DNA of 64,000 bases from positions 93,219,771 to 93,283,770 of the forward strand of contig JASCQW010000001.1 of assembly GCA_030264375.1 (NCBI GenBank), given 5' to 3'. The stretch is from Carcharhinus longimanus. Taxonomy: Eukaryota. Below are positions 26,150 to 40,434 of the stretch, in pieces. The translations under genes and the position numbers were made by a program. Position 1 is the first letter of the stretch. Each line of letters starts with the position of its first letter. The notes under the pieces were generated by a model that made no database searches, was not told where the DNA came from, and worked only from the letters and a program-made list of their open reading frames with translations.

Positions 26150-26462
26150 AATGGCACATTGGTTAGCACTGCTACCTCACAGCACCCAGGACCTGGGTTC
26201 AAATCAGGCTTCAGATGACTGACTATGTGGAGCTTGCATGTTCGCCCAGTGTCTCTGTGGGTTTCTTTCTGAAGTTCCAGTTTCCTCTAACACTCCAAAG
26301 ATATGTGGGTTAGGTTGATTGGCCATATTAAATTGCTCCTTAGCATCAGGGGGATTAGCAGGGTAAATACGTGTGGTTATGGGGAAAGAGCATGGGTGAG
26401 GTTTTTGTTGGTGCAAGCTTGATGGGCAAAATGGCCTTCTTCTGCACTGTCAGGATTCTATA
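26150..26462 (+). mobile_element. HE1-type SINE
   Basis: Homologous to 9899-10226 from head to tail. Confidence 0.85.
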
Positions 26463-29400
26463 ATTCATATGCAGAAAATATGGCAAAAACAGGAAATGCT
26501 GGGTCTTTACAACAAGTCCAATTAGCATCTTGAAATATAAATTACAAATTCATTCTTTGGGCCGAGACTTAAGGTCAAAACAGTAGAGCTCTCACAAGAA
26601 TGTATTCTTCAATCAGGTCATCTTGCCATTCTCAGGATCACAAAGATGGAAATTCAAGCAGGGTGGGCCTGTGTTTCTAACTTGAGGCTTTTACAAAAAT
26701 CGATCCCTATTAGATATGTCAAATTGAGAAGTCAACCCTTGCTTACCCATCTTTCATCCTTATGGAAGTTGACAGATATACAGCAATGGAGAAGGCCATC
26801 ATATCTGTGTTGACTTTTTGAAAGAGCTATCAGATTTAGTCCCATTCACATGCACTCTCTCAATTACCCTGTGTTTTTTTCTCTTTTTCAAGTGTACATT
26901 AAGGTCTCTTTAGAAAGTTACTAATGAATCTAATTCCACCATTCTTTCAGGCAGTGTTCCACAACCTAGTAATTTTTTAAGTTAAAAAAAACTCATCTTC
27001 CCCAGTTGAATATTTAGATTTTAATTTGTTTCCATCCCTAGCATATAATTGGTGCTGGTGTGGTAGTTCTCTCAGAAAGCCAGAGTTGCTGTGGAAAAAT
27101 GAACTTTCACATGCATGTTGCAGTCTGGAACTATGTATAGCAGTAGTAAAGGCTCCAACATCCTTTTCATCCGATAGATGGACCTCCCCCACTCTTACCA
27201 CCTGCCATTGACATGTGTTGGAAAGCTATGCAGACTTATAATCAACCTCTTTGGCTTTGTTACGAACATTCCTTCCTTGGCCATCATGTCCTGTGGTGGG
27301 GTTCATGCCTGGAGTTTCTAACCCAGAACCAGTATGCTACACACTGCACCATGAAACCTCCTTATAATCTGAACTATTTCTACATGCAGGTTATTTACAT
27401 GATGAAAGTGCCACTACATTAAAGGAGCATTGCTTACACCTCGTATTTCCTCTATTTTTTTCTGGACTTCTTGATGCAATAACCATTAATATCTCAGAGA
27501 CTTTCACAATTCAGGAGGGGGAAATAACTGCAGGAAACCTCAGAAGAGAGCCAACTCTTTTTTCCTAAATGGTTAGCTTGTGATATCATTATTAACATCA
27601 ACAGAAAGTTGGCAAAATGAATATAGGATTGTGTCAATGAATTCAGGATCAAAACACAGTGAATGAGACACACACAATTGTGCTGTACCATCTGTCACAA
27701 CGCTGAGTAATTTTCAGTGCATTCTATAGCAGCAGCAGTCACCTCAGATAGAGTTTGTGCATTTTGCGGATTCTTGAAACTCAGTGACTGTGGGAAGCTA
27801 GAGATTGAGGGCAAGGGTTTGGGGTGGTTACAAGGAGTAGGGATGCAGCAGAAAAAGTAGAAATGGAAAGGCCAGCAATGGAACAATGCCACCATGGGAT
27901 GGTAGCAGAGGGTGAAACATAGGGGTAGAAATGAAAGAAGGTGCTCTTGGTGACATACTGGAGGTGGAGGGGTGGGGAGGGAGTGGGGGAAATGGGGAGC
28001 GGTGTTAACCTGACCAATTAGTGGAAAACCACCAGGCTCAGGTAGAAGTAGAGTTACGCCCCTTTTCAATAACTCACGCTAGAAGTCGCTTGGGGGAGAA
28101 TGATGTGGGAAGAAATATGATTAAAAAAGGGATTTTCAACAGAATTGAAGGCTTAATAGGAAAGTGTTAAAAGCAGTGTTACATTTCAGGATATGTAAGC
28201 ACGTACAGAACTTATATAGTTGGACATCTCAATTGCTTTAAGCAATGGCCTTTTGATTTTGAAGCCAATAGTCGTCAGATGGATGCAGAGATTCCTGCCA
28301 GTATGGGGGTTCCTCATTGGTTGGGTAAGCTCTGGTGGCCTCAATGGGTGGAATACTGCACAGAGCAAAGATTGGTCTGTCAAAGGAAGGAATGGTGGAA
28401 AAGAGGGCAAACTGGCTGAGGTGAACTCCTCAGCTTGCATCATGCCTTGTGCCAACTGATGCAATGCAAACCTCCAGGCACAAGGGGGTAGATTTACAAT
28501 TGGTTTCGTTGTGAAGAGAAACAACAGCTAAAGTACTTCTTAATTAAACAGTGACTACTGTCAAAGTGGAAGAAACAGATGGTCCAAATTCTTTGAGTCT
28601 CTGACCACCCGGTATGAAACCATGTGTTTCTGCCCATCTCACAGCATTACTCCCACAAAACAGATGCCCAGTAATGGAAAATTGCACTTTGAATTAGTCA
28701 TCCACACTCCAGATGTGTTTTGCATACATGTATTTTCTATAAATCGATTCTCCATGGCCCTTGGAGCAAATACTATTATCATGTTATCCTGGAGGGAAAG
28801 CTGTGGCACAGAGTCAACGCACAGTCGCAAACTGCATCCAATGTTTTATTCATGGCACTGAATTAATGCAGGTCGATGCCCAAGATAAGCTTTCCAGGAA
28901 ATCACAACACTAAATACACACATCGACATGCATGAGCAGTGTGTGACAGGAAACACAGGCATGAATAAACAGTTACACAGCTCTGCAGATTGCTCACGGA
29001 CATCGCGCTCCACATGAGACACACATTATGCATTATAAACAAGTTACCCACATAAATACAAAACTCTCAATTCACAGTGAAATACTTTGGTGTTATTTCC
29101 ATACAGTATTTATTTGGATAGAATCCTTTTTCTGGTCAATGATTAATTACAGCAGTTGCACTCTGCCTATCACATAATGAATCAGCATTCATATTTATCA
29201 TTTAAGTGCTGTACTTTGCAGACTACAAAATGTAACTGTATTTCTAAAAACAGTTTAGAGGCATATGCAATATGTTGTTAAGTGCAATAGACTTAGGTTA
29301 GAAACTGCTCTGTAAAAAGCTGTTGCATTCTGAAAGTTTAGCCTCCCAGTAAATAAACTTCCAGTACAATATAATCACAACATTTTAAAAATTAAAGATG

Positions 29401-29589
29401 AGATCACTGCTGCTGCCTCAAATTAACTCATTATTATAGGCCCAAGTTCCAAATTACATTGAATTGTATGCCTTGTGATGAACTTCTTGCATAACTAGCA
29501 GGACTGATATAACCAATCATCTCCCACTTCACATATAGTCAAATCTTGTGTTAGGCTAAATGCAGTCATAGGAAAAGAGCAGGGCTCAC

Positions 29590-29756
29590 CATCATCACAT
29601 GTGAAGTCCTGGATTGCTACATCCTGGATCGGAATTTCCTTCAAGAAATAGGGCTTCTGACAGCGAGGGTTTCCAGTGACTATGCGTTTCTTTCTCAACC
29701 ACTCACCCAACCAGGCAAGATGACAATTGCAGTTAAAGGGGTTGGCCAGCAGATTT
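29590..29756 (-). CDS. SLIT2: SLIT2 exon 20 (167 nt, D3 C-cap): [55 protein letters not shown](G)
   Basis: cttcag|A AAT CTG CTG...GAT GAT G|gtgagc; phase 2-1. Confidence 0.97.
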
Positions 29757-30714
29757 CTGAAGAGACCAGGAAAGGATTAATCACAGCGAAAATGACCTTA
29801 GTTTCAGTGTAACCCATTACAAGTCAACACATAATAAGAAACAATACTTTTCTAGAAGTGTGGCTTTTGGTATAGCTTTGCCTAAAATCTTGCTTAGTTT
29901 ACAGCAACAAGTGTGCACTAAATTTTATTTCAATTACTATACAAATGACACAAAAGCACTGTTGACATTTAGTTAAACCGCCCTATATGGAGTTAACTAT
30001 TAATGGTGTAGCGAGCAATAAATGAAATCAGGTTGGAAATGACCAAAATGATTTAATTCTCAATATTTTTCTTGTTTTCCAGTATGACCATATTGTTGGC
30101 ATCTTGTAATCTGACACAGCCCATGGTTTATAGAATAAGGTCTAGTATAAATAAACGCAGGCGACACTGAAGTCTGCATCAGGGTTGATCACAATGAATT
30201 GAAGTACTAGCATTACCATTGAGGAGGTCTCTACTTTTCCGTTTATTTTGCATTACAACAAACCTTGGATATGGCCAAAGCGCACAATAGACTGAGTACA
30301 AAATAAACTGCAGAGGATGAAAACAGTTGACGAAAAGTCAAGGTCACTCAGGAAACAGTGATTAAGTGACACGGTTACTCTGAAGTTTAGAGGCTTGCAG
30401 ATTGCAGGAGGAAGGGAAATTATTGAGGGAAGGATTTCCAATTTTTATGGTCCAGGAATGAATGAACCAGTTAAATGGAAAGTGGATCAAGATTTGAAAA
30501 CTGTAAAGGTAAAAGGTCTGACAGAAATTGGAGTTTAGAGCCAAGAGAAGGATTTGCATTCAGATGATGAGTTTTGTTCTGATGTCCTAGAGTGTGAAAA
30601 GTGCTAGAAATGTCTCCCAGATGAAGAACCAATATTAAAGACTCAGATGGGCTTGGGCTTTATAGCACATAGGGACACAGAACAGGTTTAAGGAGCTAAA
30701 TTGTCATTTGTTTC

Positions 30715-31420
30715 TGTCATTCAGTGGAATCATGACTGACATTTAATCTAACTCCATTTACCTGCTTTTGTCCCATATCCCTTAATACATTTGGTTAACA
30801 AAATATTAGCAATTTCAGATTTTACATTAATGATTTATCTAGTGTCAGTTGCTACTTGTTCCAAGTTTTTACCACCCACATTGTGCAGGAGAGTTTCCTA
30901 ACTTCCCTCCTCAAAGAACTCTAAAGAAGAGTCATTAGGACTCAAAATGTTAACCCTGTTTCTCTCGCCACAAATGCTGCCAGATCTGCTGAGTATTTCC
31001 AGCATTGTCTGTTATTATTTCACTCCTGAAAGGCTGAATCAAATTTTTAGACTATGCCCTCTTGTCCTGAACTTACCAATGGGCAGAAGTAGTTTCTCTT
31101 TACCTACCTGATCTGTCCCCCAAAACTTCAATTAAATCACCCCTTAGCCATCTAAATTTCAGAGAATACAGTCCACGTCGTGCAATCTCATCTTGTAATT
31201 TAATGCTTTAAATCCAGATATCATTCTGGTAAATTTACACTGCACTCGCATTAAGGATAATATATACTTCCTAAAGTGTGGTTCCCAGAACTGTTCAAGT
31301 ATCTCAATGCAGTTTAACCATGGCTTTGCACAGTTGCAACATAACTTTAACCACCTTGTATTCCAATTCTCTAGTTATAAAGACCAACATTTCATGAATT
31401 ATTTTCTGTAACCTGTCCAT
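30715..31420 (-). mobile_element. CR1 LINE fragment interrupted by a Penelope terminal repeat (about 30920-31020)
   Basis: CR1 3' sequence continues on both sides of aagaagagtcattaggactcaaaatgttaac...tgctgccagatctgctgagtatttccagc. Confidence 0.6.
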
Positions 31421-32664
31421 GATGCTTTATAGAATCATAGAGCTTTAAAGCACAGAAAGAGGCCTTTGGCCCATCTTGCCTGTGACCACCATCAAGCACG
31501 TATTATAATACCATTTTCCAGCACTTGGTATATAGATGTGTAGGCTATGGCATTTCAAGTGCTCATCTAAATGCTTCTTTAATTATTAATATTTGTGGGC
31601 TCTCATGTTTCTTTTAAATTCTATTGTTTCTCACTTTTCACCATTTAGGAAATATACTGTCCTAACCTTTTAGTTTTCAGGAATGAGTTTGAATGTTATC
31701 AACCCAACATCTGATGGGTATGGGCTCATACAACTCAAAACTGCTCCTCAGAAGCTGCTGCGATAAATGGAAAGAGTTGAGAGGAAATCTTTTTCTGTGA
31801 TTGGGATGAAGGTGCATCATATAGCAGCAGGCAGCATGCTGTATACCTGATCAAGGTGCTCAGTGCTGGTGCTAGTTGCCCAATATGGAAAATTGCTTCA
31901 TTCACTCATCTTAATTAAGACAAAAATCAAAACACTTTGGCATGAGAAAAGCTTGGAGGCTTTTGAAGGAAAACATTTGAAGGAAAAGCTTTGAGCTGAG
32001 CATTGTACTGATCATTATGCAATCGTGGAATCACACAGCAACAGCTGCCAAGGTGAGCTTTGCCGGGATGAATGTTCTCTATAGTCCCAAACACTTATTG
32101 TGCTTCTCTGACATGTTCTGGGTTTGAAAGAAACCATGCAATCCAGAACAAAATGCATTATTGGTTGCAGCTCACTTAGCTGTAATTTAAATTGTCAATG
32201 AGCTTTTAGCACATGGTCAAACTGTGCTGAACTAATAAATAGGTAATTCAATCCAAAGATGAAAAGGGGAAGCTGCAGCAACTTACTCTCAGATTGGATC
32301 TTGACTTTACAAAGGCCATTTCATTAACATGCCAATTTCAGACCCCCATCACTTACTTGCACAAACAAATAGGTTTCCCTTTGGAGCTGACAGCTGCACT
32401 GATTATACTGATTACATGTCACTTACAAAAAATGAATTTCCTACTGAGAGTTCCTTTGCCCTCGATAACCAATCAACCCTCAGCCAGAAAATCTATAGAC
32501 ATGAATAAACATAAAGAGTGCTTGTATTCTTGTGTAAAATTAGATGACAGGTTAAAATGCTTTGGCCTACATGCAAAGAACACAAGCCATCAATACTAAA
32601 ATTGAAATCCCAGTTTGCTGAACTATCCATTTGTAGGCTCTTCATCTATCTCTTAACAACTTAC

Positions 32665-32808
32665 AGCGTGGATAGAGAATGGAGAGTGTCAAAAGCTCCT
32701 GGAGAAATGGTAGTTATCTGATTGTCGTAGAGTGAGAGCAGACGAACAGAACTGAGGCCTGTGAATGTGTTATTGCTGACGCAACTAATCTTATTGCTCC
32801 TCAGCATC
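32665..32808 (-). CDS. SLIT2: SLIT2 exon 19 (144 nt): [47 protein letters not shown](L)
   Basis: ctgtag|G ATG CTG AGG...TCC ACG CT|gtaagt; phase 2-2. Confidence 0.97.
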
Positions 32809-33959
32809 CTACAGGGTAGAAAACAGAAACATGGTCAGGGGTAGCTTTGTGAGTTGGGCCATCCATAATCCATCCAGTTGACACACAGAGACAAACTCTT
32901 GTCTAAAATTGTAATTCTTCATAGTCAGAAAGTAAATACTGTTTAAAGAAAAGCACCGCTTTAAGATTTGACAATTTAAAATTGGTTACAAAATGTCTAT
33001 GGGTACTTAGAAATAGAGGGAGGAGCCTCCGTCACTCTAATTATACTGATGACATTGTACTAAGATAAATTGCCACATAGACTGAAAGCACTTTACTTTC
33101 GATGGAAATGAATAGACCACAGGATCTTATAAATATCTGAAACATTCAGGAGCAGCTGAGTGTGCTAGATTATAAGAGCAAAGTAACTTCATGGCATTAT
33201 CTGTGGAATAAAAAAAAAGCATGTGCTTTGGAATTGACTAATATCCTAAAGCACTTTTGGCCCATTTGAGACAGAAACACACTTTTATACTTAAATACTT
33301 AAATTAAACAAAACAAGTGATGCTTCAATATGGCAACTGCGTTTCTTAATGCTGATCCCTTCCTATTCTGCAGATGTAATAATAATTCAAACAGCTCTCA
33401 TTGCGAAAGTCTGGTCCTTCATCAGCATGTAGGTCCCAAAGCTTCTTATACATACTCTGACCTTTAGCTTGCTATCTCTGGGCTCAACCAGAGGTATCTT
33501 TCTGGCTGGAAGGATAACAGATTAATGGCCATGACATTTGTAAATCCAGTATTCATTTTTACAGATTAGATATGTTGAAAAACTCATCCTTTGGTACAGC
33601 AGAAGCAAAAATTGTTCAGCAAACTATCCATGTCTATCCATGCCTTCATATCACAATACATAACTTGGCATAACTTTGTTCAGTCCTGATGACAGAAGAA
33701 TTCTTAACTGATCATTTCGCCTCCAGTTTTCTCTATTCTTCTCCAATGAAGAAAATACAGATTGTCATCCCTCCAATGATAACTGTTTACAAAAACTATG
33801 ACATCTACCACCAAGAAAGCCAAGGGCATCAGGTGGATGGGGACTCCATTGCCTCCAAAGTCCCCTCTAGGTCACATACCACACTGACTTGGAGGTGTAT
33901 TGCAATCCTTCACTGCCTTAGGCTCTTGTCGGAAAATCTAAGACAGGTGTCATATTCTC

Positions 33960-34235
33960 AGAGTTAGGGGTCACCCATACAGAGATGAAGAGGAATTTCT
34001 TCTTTCGGAGGGTAGTGAATTCTTCACCACAGAGGGTTGTAGAGGTTGGGTCATTAAGAATGTTCAAGGCTGAGACAGACAAGATATTTAATCAGTAAGG
34101 GAATCAAGGGTTATGGTGATAAGGCGAGAAAGTGGAGTTGAGGATTATCATATCAGATCAGTCATGATCTCATTGAATGGTAGAGCAGGCTCGATGAACC
34201 GAATGGCCTTCTTCTGCTCCCATATCTTATGGGCT
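33960..34235 (+). mobile_element. CR1 LINE 3' end
   Basis: gagatgaagaggaatttcttctttcggagggtagtgaat...agatcagtcatgatctcattgaatgg. Confidence 0.8.
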
Positions 34236-34276
34236 TATAGTTTTATTGGAAGTCAGCCCCTGCCTTTTCCATTGAA

Positions 34277-35380
34277 GATGATGTGGAGATGCCGGCGTTG
34301 GATTGGGGTAAACACAGTGAGAAGTCTCACAACACCGGGTTCAAGTCCAACAGGTTTATTTGGTAGTAAATGCCACTAGCTTTCACAGCACTGCTCCTTC
34401 ATCAGTGGGGAGCTCTGATCACAAACAGGGCATATAAAGGCACACACAGTTTACAGAATACTGTCTAGAATGCGAGTTTTTACACCTAATCAAGTCTTAA
34501 AGGTGTAGACAATGCGAGTGGAGATAGCATTAAGCATAGGTTAAAAAGATGTGTATGGTCTCCAGACAGGACAGTTAGTGAGGTTTTGCAAACCCAGGCA
34601 AGTCATGGGGGTTACAGATAATGTGACATGAACCCAAGATCCCAGTTGAGGCCAGCCTCATGTGTGCGGAACTTGGTTATCAGTCTCGCTCAGCGACTCT
34701 GCACTGTCGTGTGTCGTGAAGGCTGCCTTGGAGAACGTTCACCTGAAGATCAAAGGCTGAATGCCCATGACCGCTGAAGTGTTCGCAAAGGAAGGGAACA
34801 GTCTTGCCTGGTGATTGTCGAGTGGTGTTCATTCATCTGTTGTTGTAGCGTCTGCATGGTCTCCCCAGTGTACCATGCTTTGGGATATCCTTTCCTGCAG
34901 TGTATCAGGTAGACAACATTGGCCACTGCAAGAGTATGTACTTGGGGGATGGTGTTCTCACATGAGATGATGGCATCCATGTCGATGATCCGGCATGTCT
35001 TGCACAGATTGCTGTGGCAGGGTTGTGTGGTGTTGCAGTCACTGTGAACATCTTGGGTTCATGTCACATGATCTGTAACCCCCATGAGTTGCCTGGTCTT
35101 GCAACATCTCACTTATTGTCTGTCTGGAGACAATACACATCTCTTTAACCTGTGCTTAATGCTATCTCTACTCACATTATCTACACCTTTAAGACTTGAT
35201 TAGGTGTAAAGACTCACATTCTAATCAGTATTCTGTAAACTGTGTGTGCCTTTATATGCCCTGTTTGTGATCAGAACTCTCCACTTACCTGACGAAGAAG
35301 CAGTGCTCTGAAAGCTAGTGATGTTTACTACCAAATAAACCTGTTGGACTTTAACCTGGTGTTGTGAGACTTTTTACTGT
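34277..35380 (-). mobile_element. Penelope-like element with GIY-YIG endonuclease remnant and about 330-bp inverted repeat
   Basis: Minus ORF ANVVYLIHCRKGYPKAWYTGETMQTLQQQMNEH is a GIY-YIG signature; 34314-34640 is the reverse complement of 35050-35380. Confidence 0.88.
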
Positions 35381-36959
35381 TTTCAATTTCTATTTTCATC
35401 ACCTGTGGTGTCTCCCATCCTGCGATCACTATCCCACTCCATTTGTCTCTCTATTAGGGCTCGATTGATGATCCATGATGTAGGCCCCAGTGCTGTACTG
35501 CCAATTAGAGAGCTAGCACTGATTGGTGGTAGCTCACGGGTATGGAATATTCACGTCCACGCTAGGTGGTTATGATGATTTAATGTCCCCAGAGGAACTG
35601 CAAGCCTCATTGACAGGGTTCCTGCTACCAATTAGGCACTTTATTCTGTTGGGATTCCTGGAGATGGGGTTGGCAGAGGTGCCACCGGTTTTGACTTTGG
35701 AGGTTGGGAACCCTGCTGCCCATGTTAATTTCTGTTCAATTATGTGAATCCTGTCAAAAATGCACCACTCAAAAATACATCTGATCTCACTGGGATTAAA
35801 ATTATACATGGCTCTTCTCTCCCCTCTCGCAATAAAAATGTCATCAGTTTTTTTTGCAAAACAACATAAAAATTCGCAAAGACTTATTCCTTTAGAGAGA
35901 GAGAACTTGCATTTATGCAGTCTCTCACCATGTCCCCAGGATTACAATATCTTGATTATTTCTGAAGTGCTGTTATGCAGGCAACTATCTCTGCGCACAG
36001 CAAGGTACCTTAAGTAGTAAAGGATAGGAGGCCAATTAATCTGTATTGATGAAGTAAGCAATGTTAGCTGGAACATTAGGTATAGTCACCACTTGTATTT
36101 AAATATCTTTTGCATTTGGATTTTTTTCACCAACCTAAACAACCACACAAGGTTCCAAGTTTAATAATACCTTGAAGTGCAGCTTTCCCTCATAACTGCA
36201 CTGAAATATGAGCATAGCTGAGCTTAAATGTTCAACTTTATGATTCAGAGGTAATGGTGCAACCAAGTGATCCAGGATTATACCAATAAATACTCCCCAT
36301 NNNNNNNNNNAACTGATTTGACATAAAACACTCTTACATTTGCAGAGTACCGCACACCGTGCATTTAAGTAATCTAGTTTCTATAATCCTAATGGTTTTA
36401 CGGTGACACATTCTCCTGGGTAATGTAAGCATAGGGCAGAATGCAGAAAAGCACTTTCCCATTGGAATGTCACATGAGCCTACAGTCATAAGTAGCATGC
36501 TGCTGTGATTAAAACAGGTTTTAACCTTGTGTGTTCTTCTTGTAAAATCTGAACAGAAATGTAATAGTGCACTTAATACCTGCAGCATCATGTCTGTAAG
36601 GCCTATCTCCATTTGATTTAGTGTTCGGGTAACTTACATCATTGTACTTAAGGTAAAAATAAAAGGTCAGTGTGCTTTGAATATATTGATCAAAAATTAG
36701 AAATGCTGATTTCTTGATTAAATGTAAACATGTCCAACTCTTTTCTCCAGATTGAATGCTGCATTTCAGTCTGTGTGTGCATAATCTAAACCCATGGGAA
36801 AAGAACTGAGCAAAGCATCCGAGGGGATAATGACATTATCTATAATGAGATTGTTTTCATTGAATCAATAGACTAAGAAAAACTCGGGAGACAGTTGTTG
36901 CAAGCTAACTCGTCCTGTTGTGCAAAATGGAAAACTAATGGCAAAATTGTTTCACTTAC

Positions 36960-37103
36960 AGTGTTTTAAGACTATCCAGGCCTTTGAACATTTTGCGATG
37001 CACAATTTCCAGGCGGTTACCCGTCAGCAGGACTTCATTTACACCAGTAGCTCCCTCGAATACGCCCTCCTCAATATCTGTAATCTTATTATTGCTCAAA
37101 TTT
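36960..37103 (-). CDS. SLIT2: SLIT2 exon 18 (144 nt): [47 protein letters not shown](L)
   Basis: cttttag|A AAT TTG AGC...AAA ACA CT|gtaagt; phase 2-2. Confidence 0.97.
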
Positions 37104-40100
37104 CTAAAAGACAAAGCATGGAAGGAATTCAGAAACTTACAGGCTTAATTGAAAGTATTACCAGAGCTGGGCTTAGATGTCAGGTTTCATCAAGTGAGCA
37201 CTGCCTTATATGAATATAGGAAATAAATATTGAACAGTAGGCATTTTCCTCAGTTCGCAATCTGATGGAGGTGTTAAAGGTCAGGCCAATTAAATTCTAT
37301 CAATACAATCAGACAGCAAAGCAAATTGTCTCTCCCCAATAAATGCAAGGAAGGTATTTAAGCCCTCCAACAGAACACAATTCTGGGATGCTTGTGACAC
37401 AAATGATTAACATTTGGAACAGAATCTACACCTTGCTCCCTTTAAGTTGAACGTAAAATTGTGCTAAGGGCAGTGCTTCTGCCGGCTGCCTCAAATGACA
37501 GGAATCCTAGAAATCAGATGTAAACCTAAGGGGCCCATTGGAACCTATATCAATTGAGGGTGGTGATAGGTTCTATTCCAGGCCTGACATAGGCTGCAAA
37601 GTTAAGACTGAATGCAATAGCATTGACCACCATTGGAGCAAGGACAGTGAGCTTAGCCGACCTACCCTTTTGGCCTGAGCAACCTCATCCATGCCGTCTC
37701 AGGATGCAGGCTGCTGCTCTGAGATTACTCTGTCTCCACTGGGAAAGGGTCTCTGCTGCATATCCACTCCTACTACTTAAATGATTCTGCTCTTTGGATT
37801 TGGATGAGGACATGCCCAGATTAAAAACAGTAAGTAGAATTTCCACCTCATGACATTCCTGCTAGCAAAAGAGCAAATTCAATTTTTTATTTTTACACTT
37901 TGGCATTCAAACCAAAATGTGCTCAATGCTGTGTGATACTGACCCAATGTGCTGTAGGCAAGGTTTTGATTTCACACATCATCTGAAAACAGTTCTGTAT
38001 TATTCATTCTCAGGATGTGGATATCACTGGCAAGACAAAATTTATTCCCCATCCCTAGCTGCTCTTGAGAAAGTGGTAGTTGGAGTTCTTCTTGAACTGT
38101 TACATTTTCTGATTGTCCTGTCCACTTAATTGTAACAAGATGTAAGCTCTTATTGATTAATAAATGAAAAATTAGTGCCTTCTGAAAGTGATACCAAGCC
38201 ATATGGACCAGGAATATGGTCTTAATGTTGGATTTTTGCAAAAGTAAGTAATGGCATCGATATTTACTGGGAGGCAAGAGAGAGTGTGATGGGGGAAGGG
38301 AAGGAAACATGGAAATCTTACAGGCATTTTATTTTCTTTTTCCTAGTTCCCAAACAGCCAAACTGGTGGGCTGGTTGCCTGGTGAGAAAGCAGGAGGCTG
38401 CAGTCAGGGACACTTGGGTACAATCCCTGTCAATCGAGAGTGTGAGGGGGTAAGACCGCACATTGTACATTTTTCTAAATTATATATAGATATGTCATCG
38501 TTGTTCATAAATTTTTAAAATCTGAACGAAGACCTTTAAAATGGTTGAAACTGTGCCTGTCTGTGACTCCTGAACAAAAGAAGCCACTTTGCATTTTTAG
38601 GCTAATCCACACCTCATTATCTCTGAGGAAACACTAACAGTCCCTGTGTATAGCCCAACTTTAAAAAGAAAGGGTTATATAAAGGCCATCTGCATTTAAT
38701 AGTCCAGGCGAGCCAGAAGAAGATGGATTATCTACTAAGACATAGGCACCTCAACCTTCTTTTCAACTCCTAATGGTGAAAATCCAAACGATGGATATAC
38801 ATCCATTGTCAAAGATGATGGAGAGGTGGGAGTCATGTGAAATGAGCCTCTGGCATGTGCAACAAGTAATACTGCCTTGATAAACTGTTCAGTCTGCTGT
38901 TTAACATCTGACTAGCAGGCCACACTGAAGGAGCTCTGGCCTAAGTTGGACACTGAGTGCCATCTACCTTGCCTCTAATGGAAGTTCTGTGCCATTGCCT
39001 ATTAGATCAACTCATCTCTGTATGCCTATCTCATTGTGTGAAGTCAACACCATTGAAAAAATGAATTATACAGCATTGGTTTTCAATCCAATGACCTCAG
39101 TGAAGGAATACCTCATTTGAATTTGATTCTGGACTCTGGAATACACATGAGCCTACATTTATTTTCTCTGTGGTCTCTGCACTATAAATCCTTATTTTTC
39201 CTGTCTCTTTCTTTAATATCTGAATGTGGAGGTGACATTCTGACCTTCTTCCCGTGTTCTGACTGTGTGCAATTAAACTAACCCTTTGAGTTCATCTTAT
39301 TTCGAGTTTGCTGTGGGATTGTTAATAGAAAATTTGATTATGCTAAAACTGGGAAATACTCCACTGCTGATAAACAAGGAAAAAAATCAAAACGCCTTAC
39401 TGTTCCCAGATAGGTGATGAAAGGAGGCATCAGTGCTGTTTAAATTTAAATAAGAGTGACAAGGACTCAGGATTGAAATGTGGGGCAACGGACGAATGGA
39501 GCAAGCAGGGGGCAATGGAGCTGTTCGGAGAGTAAAGAGCTCAGTAACTGGAGGGGAAGGTCAGGGCTAAGGATCAGAATTCAACGGGAGGCTCGAATTT
39601 GGGGCTCGGCGGAGGAATGACACCAATTGCAACGCTGAGGCGAGGCCATGCTTTGCAAAAGGCTTCCCTTGAGTGACTGGATGTGACAGTATTACATCAG
39701 CACTATCAACCTATGAAAATTAGCTGTTGAATGAAGGCAGAGTTGGGCATGGTTGTGCTGTCCATACAGTCAACCATCCATTTCGGCTCATGGATAAAGA
39801 AGACCCACTTGTTATCTGTAGAATCCCACAGAGGTATTAACTAAAACTTTCAGAAAGAAAGTACTTGCATTTATATAGCACTTTTCTTAACCACAAGTAG
39901 TCACTGTTGTAGGAAGTATAGCAGCAATCTGTACACAGCATAGTGCCACAAAGAGCAATGAAATAACTAACCAGATAATTTGTTTTAGTTATGCTGTTTA
40001 AGTGATATGTGTTAGAATAGTTACTGCACAGGCCTGTCGAACCTGTGCCAGCTCTCTGAAACAGGAATTTAGCTAGTCCCAATTAGTACTTCCTCTCAGC

Positions 40101-40196
40101 TGCACGAGTGCACAGCGATCAAGAATGTACAGTACAGAGTACCTAGAGGTCCAGCACAAATGGCTGAGCAGCAACCTTAAAGGGCCAGCTAATCTC

Positions 40197-40396
40197 GTGA
40201 CACAATTTAGCATGGCCAATCAGCCTAACCCGCACACCTTTGGACTGTGGGAGGAAACTGTGAGCACCTGGAGGAAACCCATGCAGGCACATTGAGAACA
40301 TGCAAACGCCACACAGACAGTAACCTGAAGCTGGGAATCGAACTCTGGCCCCTGGTGCTGTGAGGCAACAGTGCTAACCACTGTGCCACCGTGCCA
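40197..40396 (-). mobile_element. HE1-type V-SINE (head and V-domain)
   Basis: gtgctaaccactgtgccaccgtgcc head; ggaggaaacccatgcag; tggactgtgggaggaaac. Confidence 0.8.
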
Positions 40397-40434
40397 TACT
40401 GATTCTACCTGAATTTATTATGGTTTTCTAAATG

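Noticed and set aside
32427-32492. 66-nt AG...GTAAGT block in intron 19 (possible poison exon)
   Set aside because: In-frame TGA after 3 codons, modest splice sites, no supporting evidence; expected by chance.
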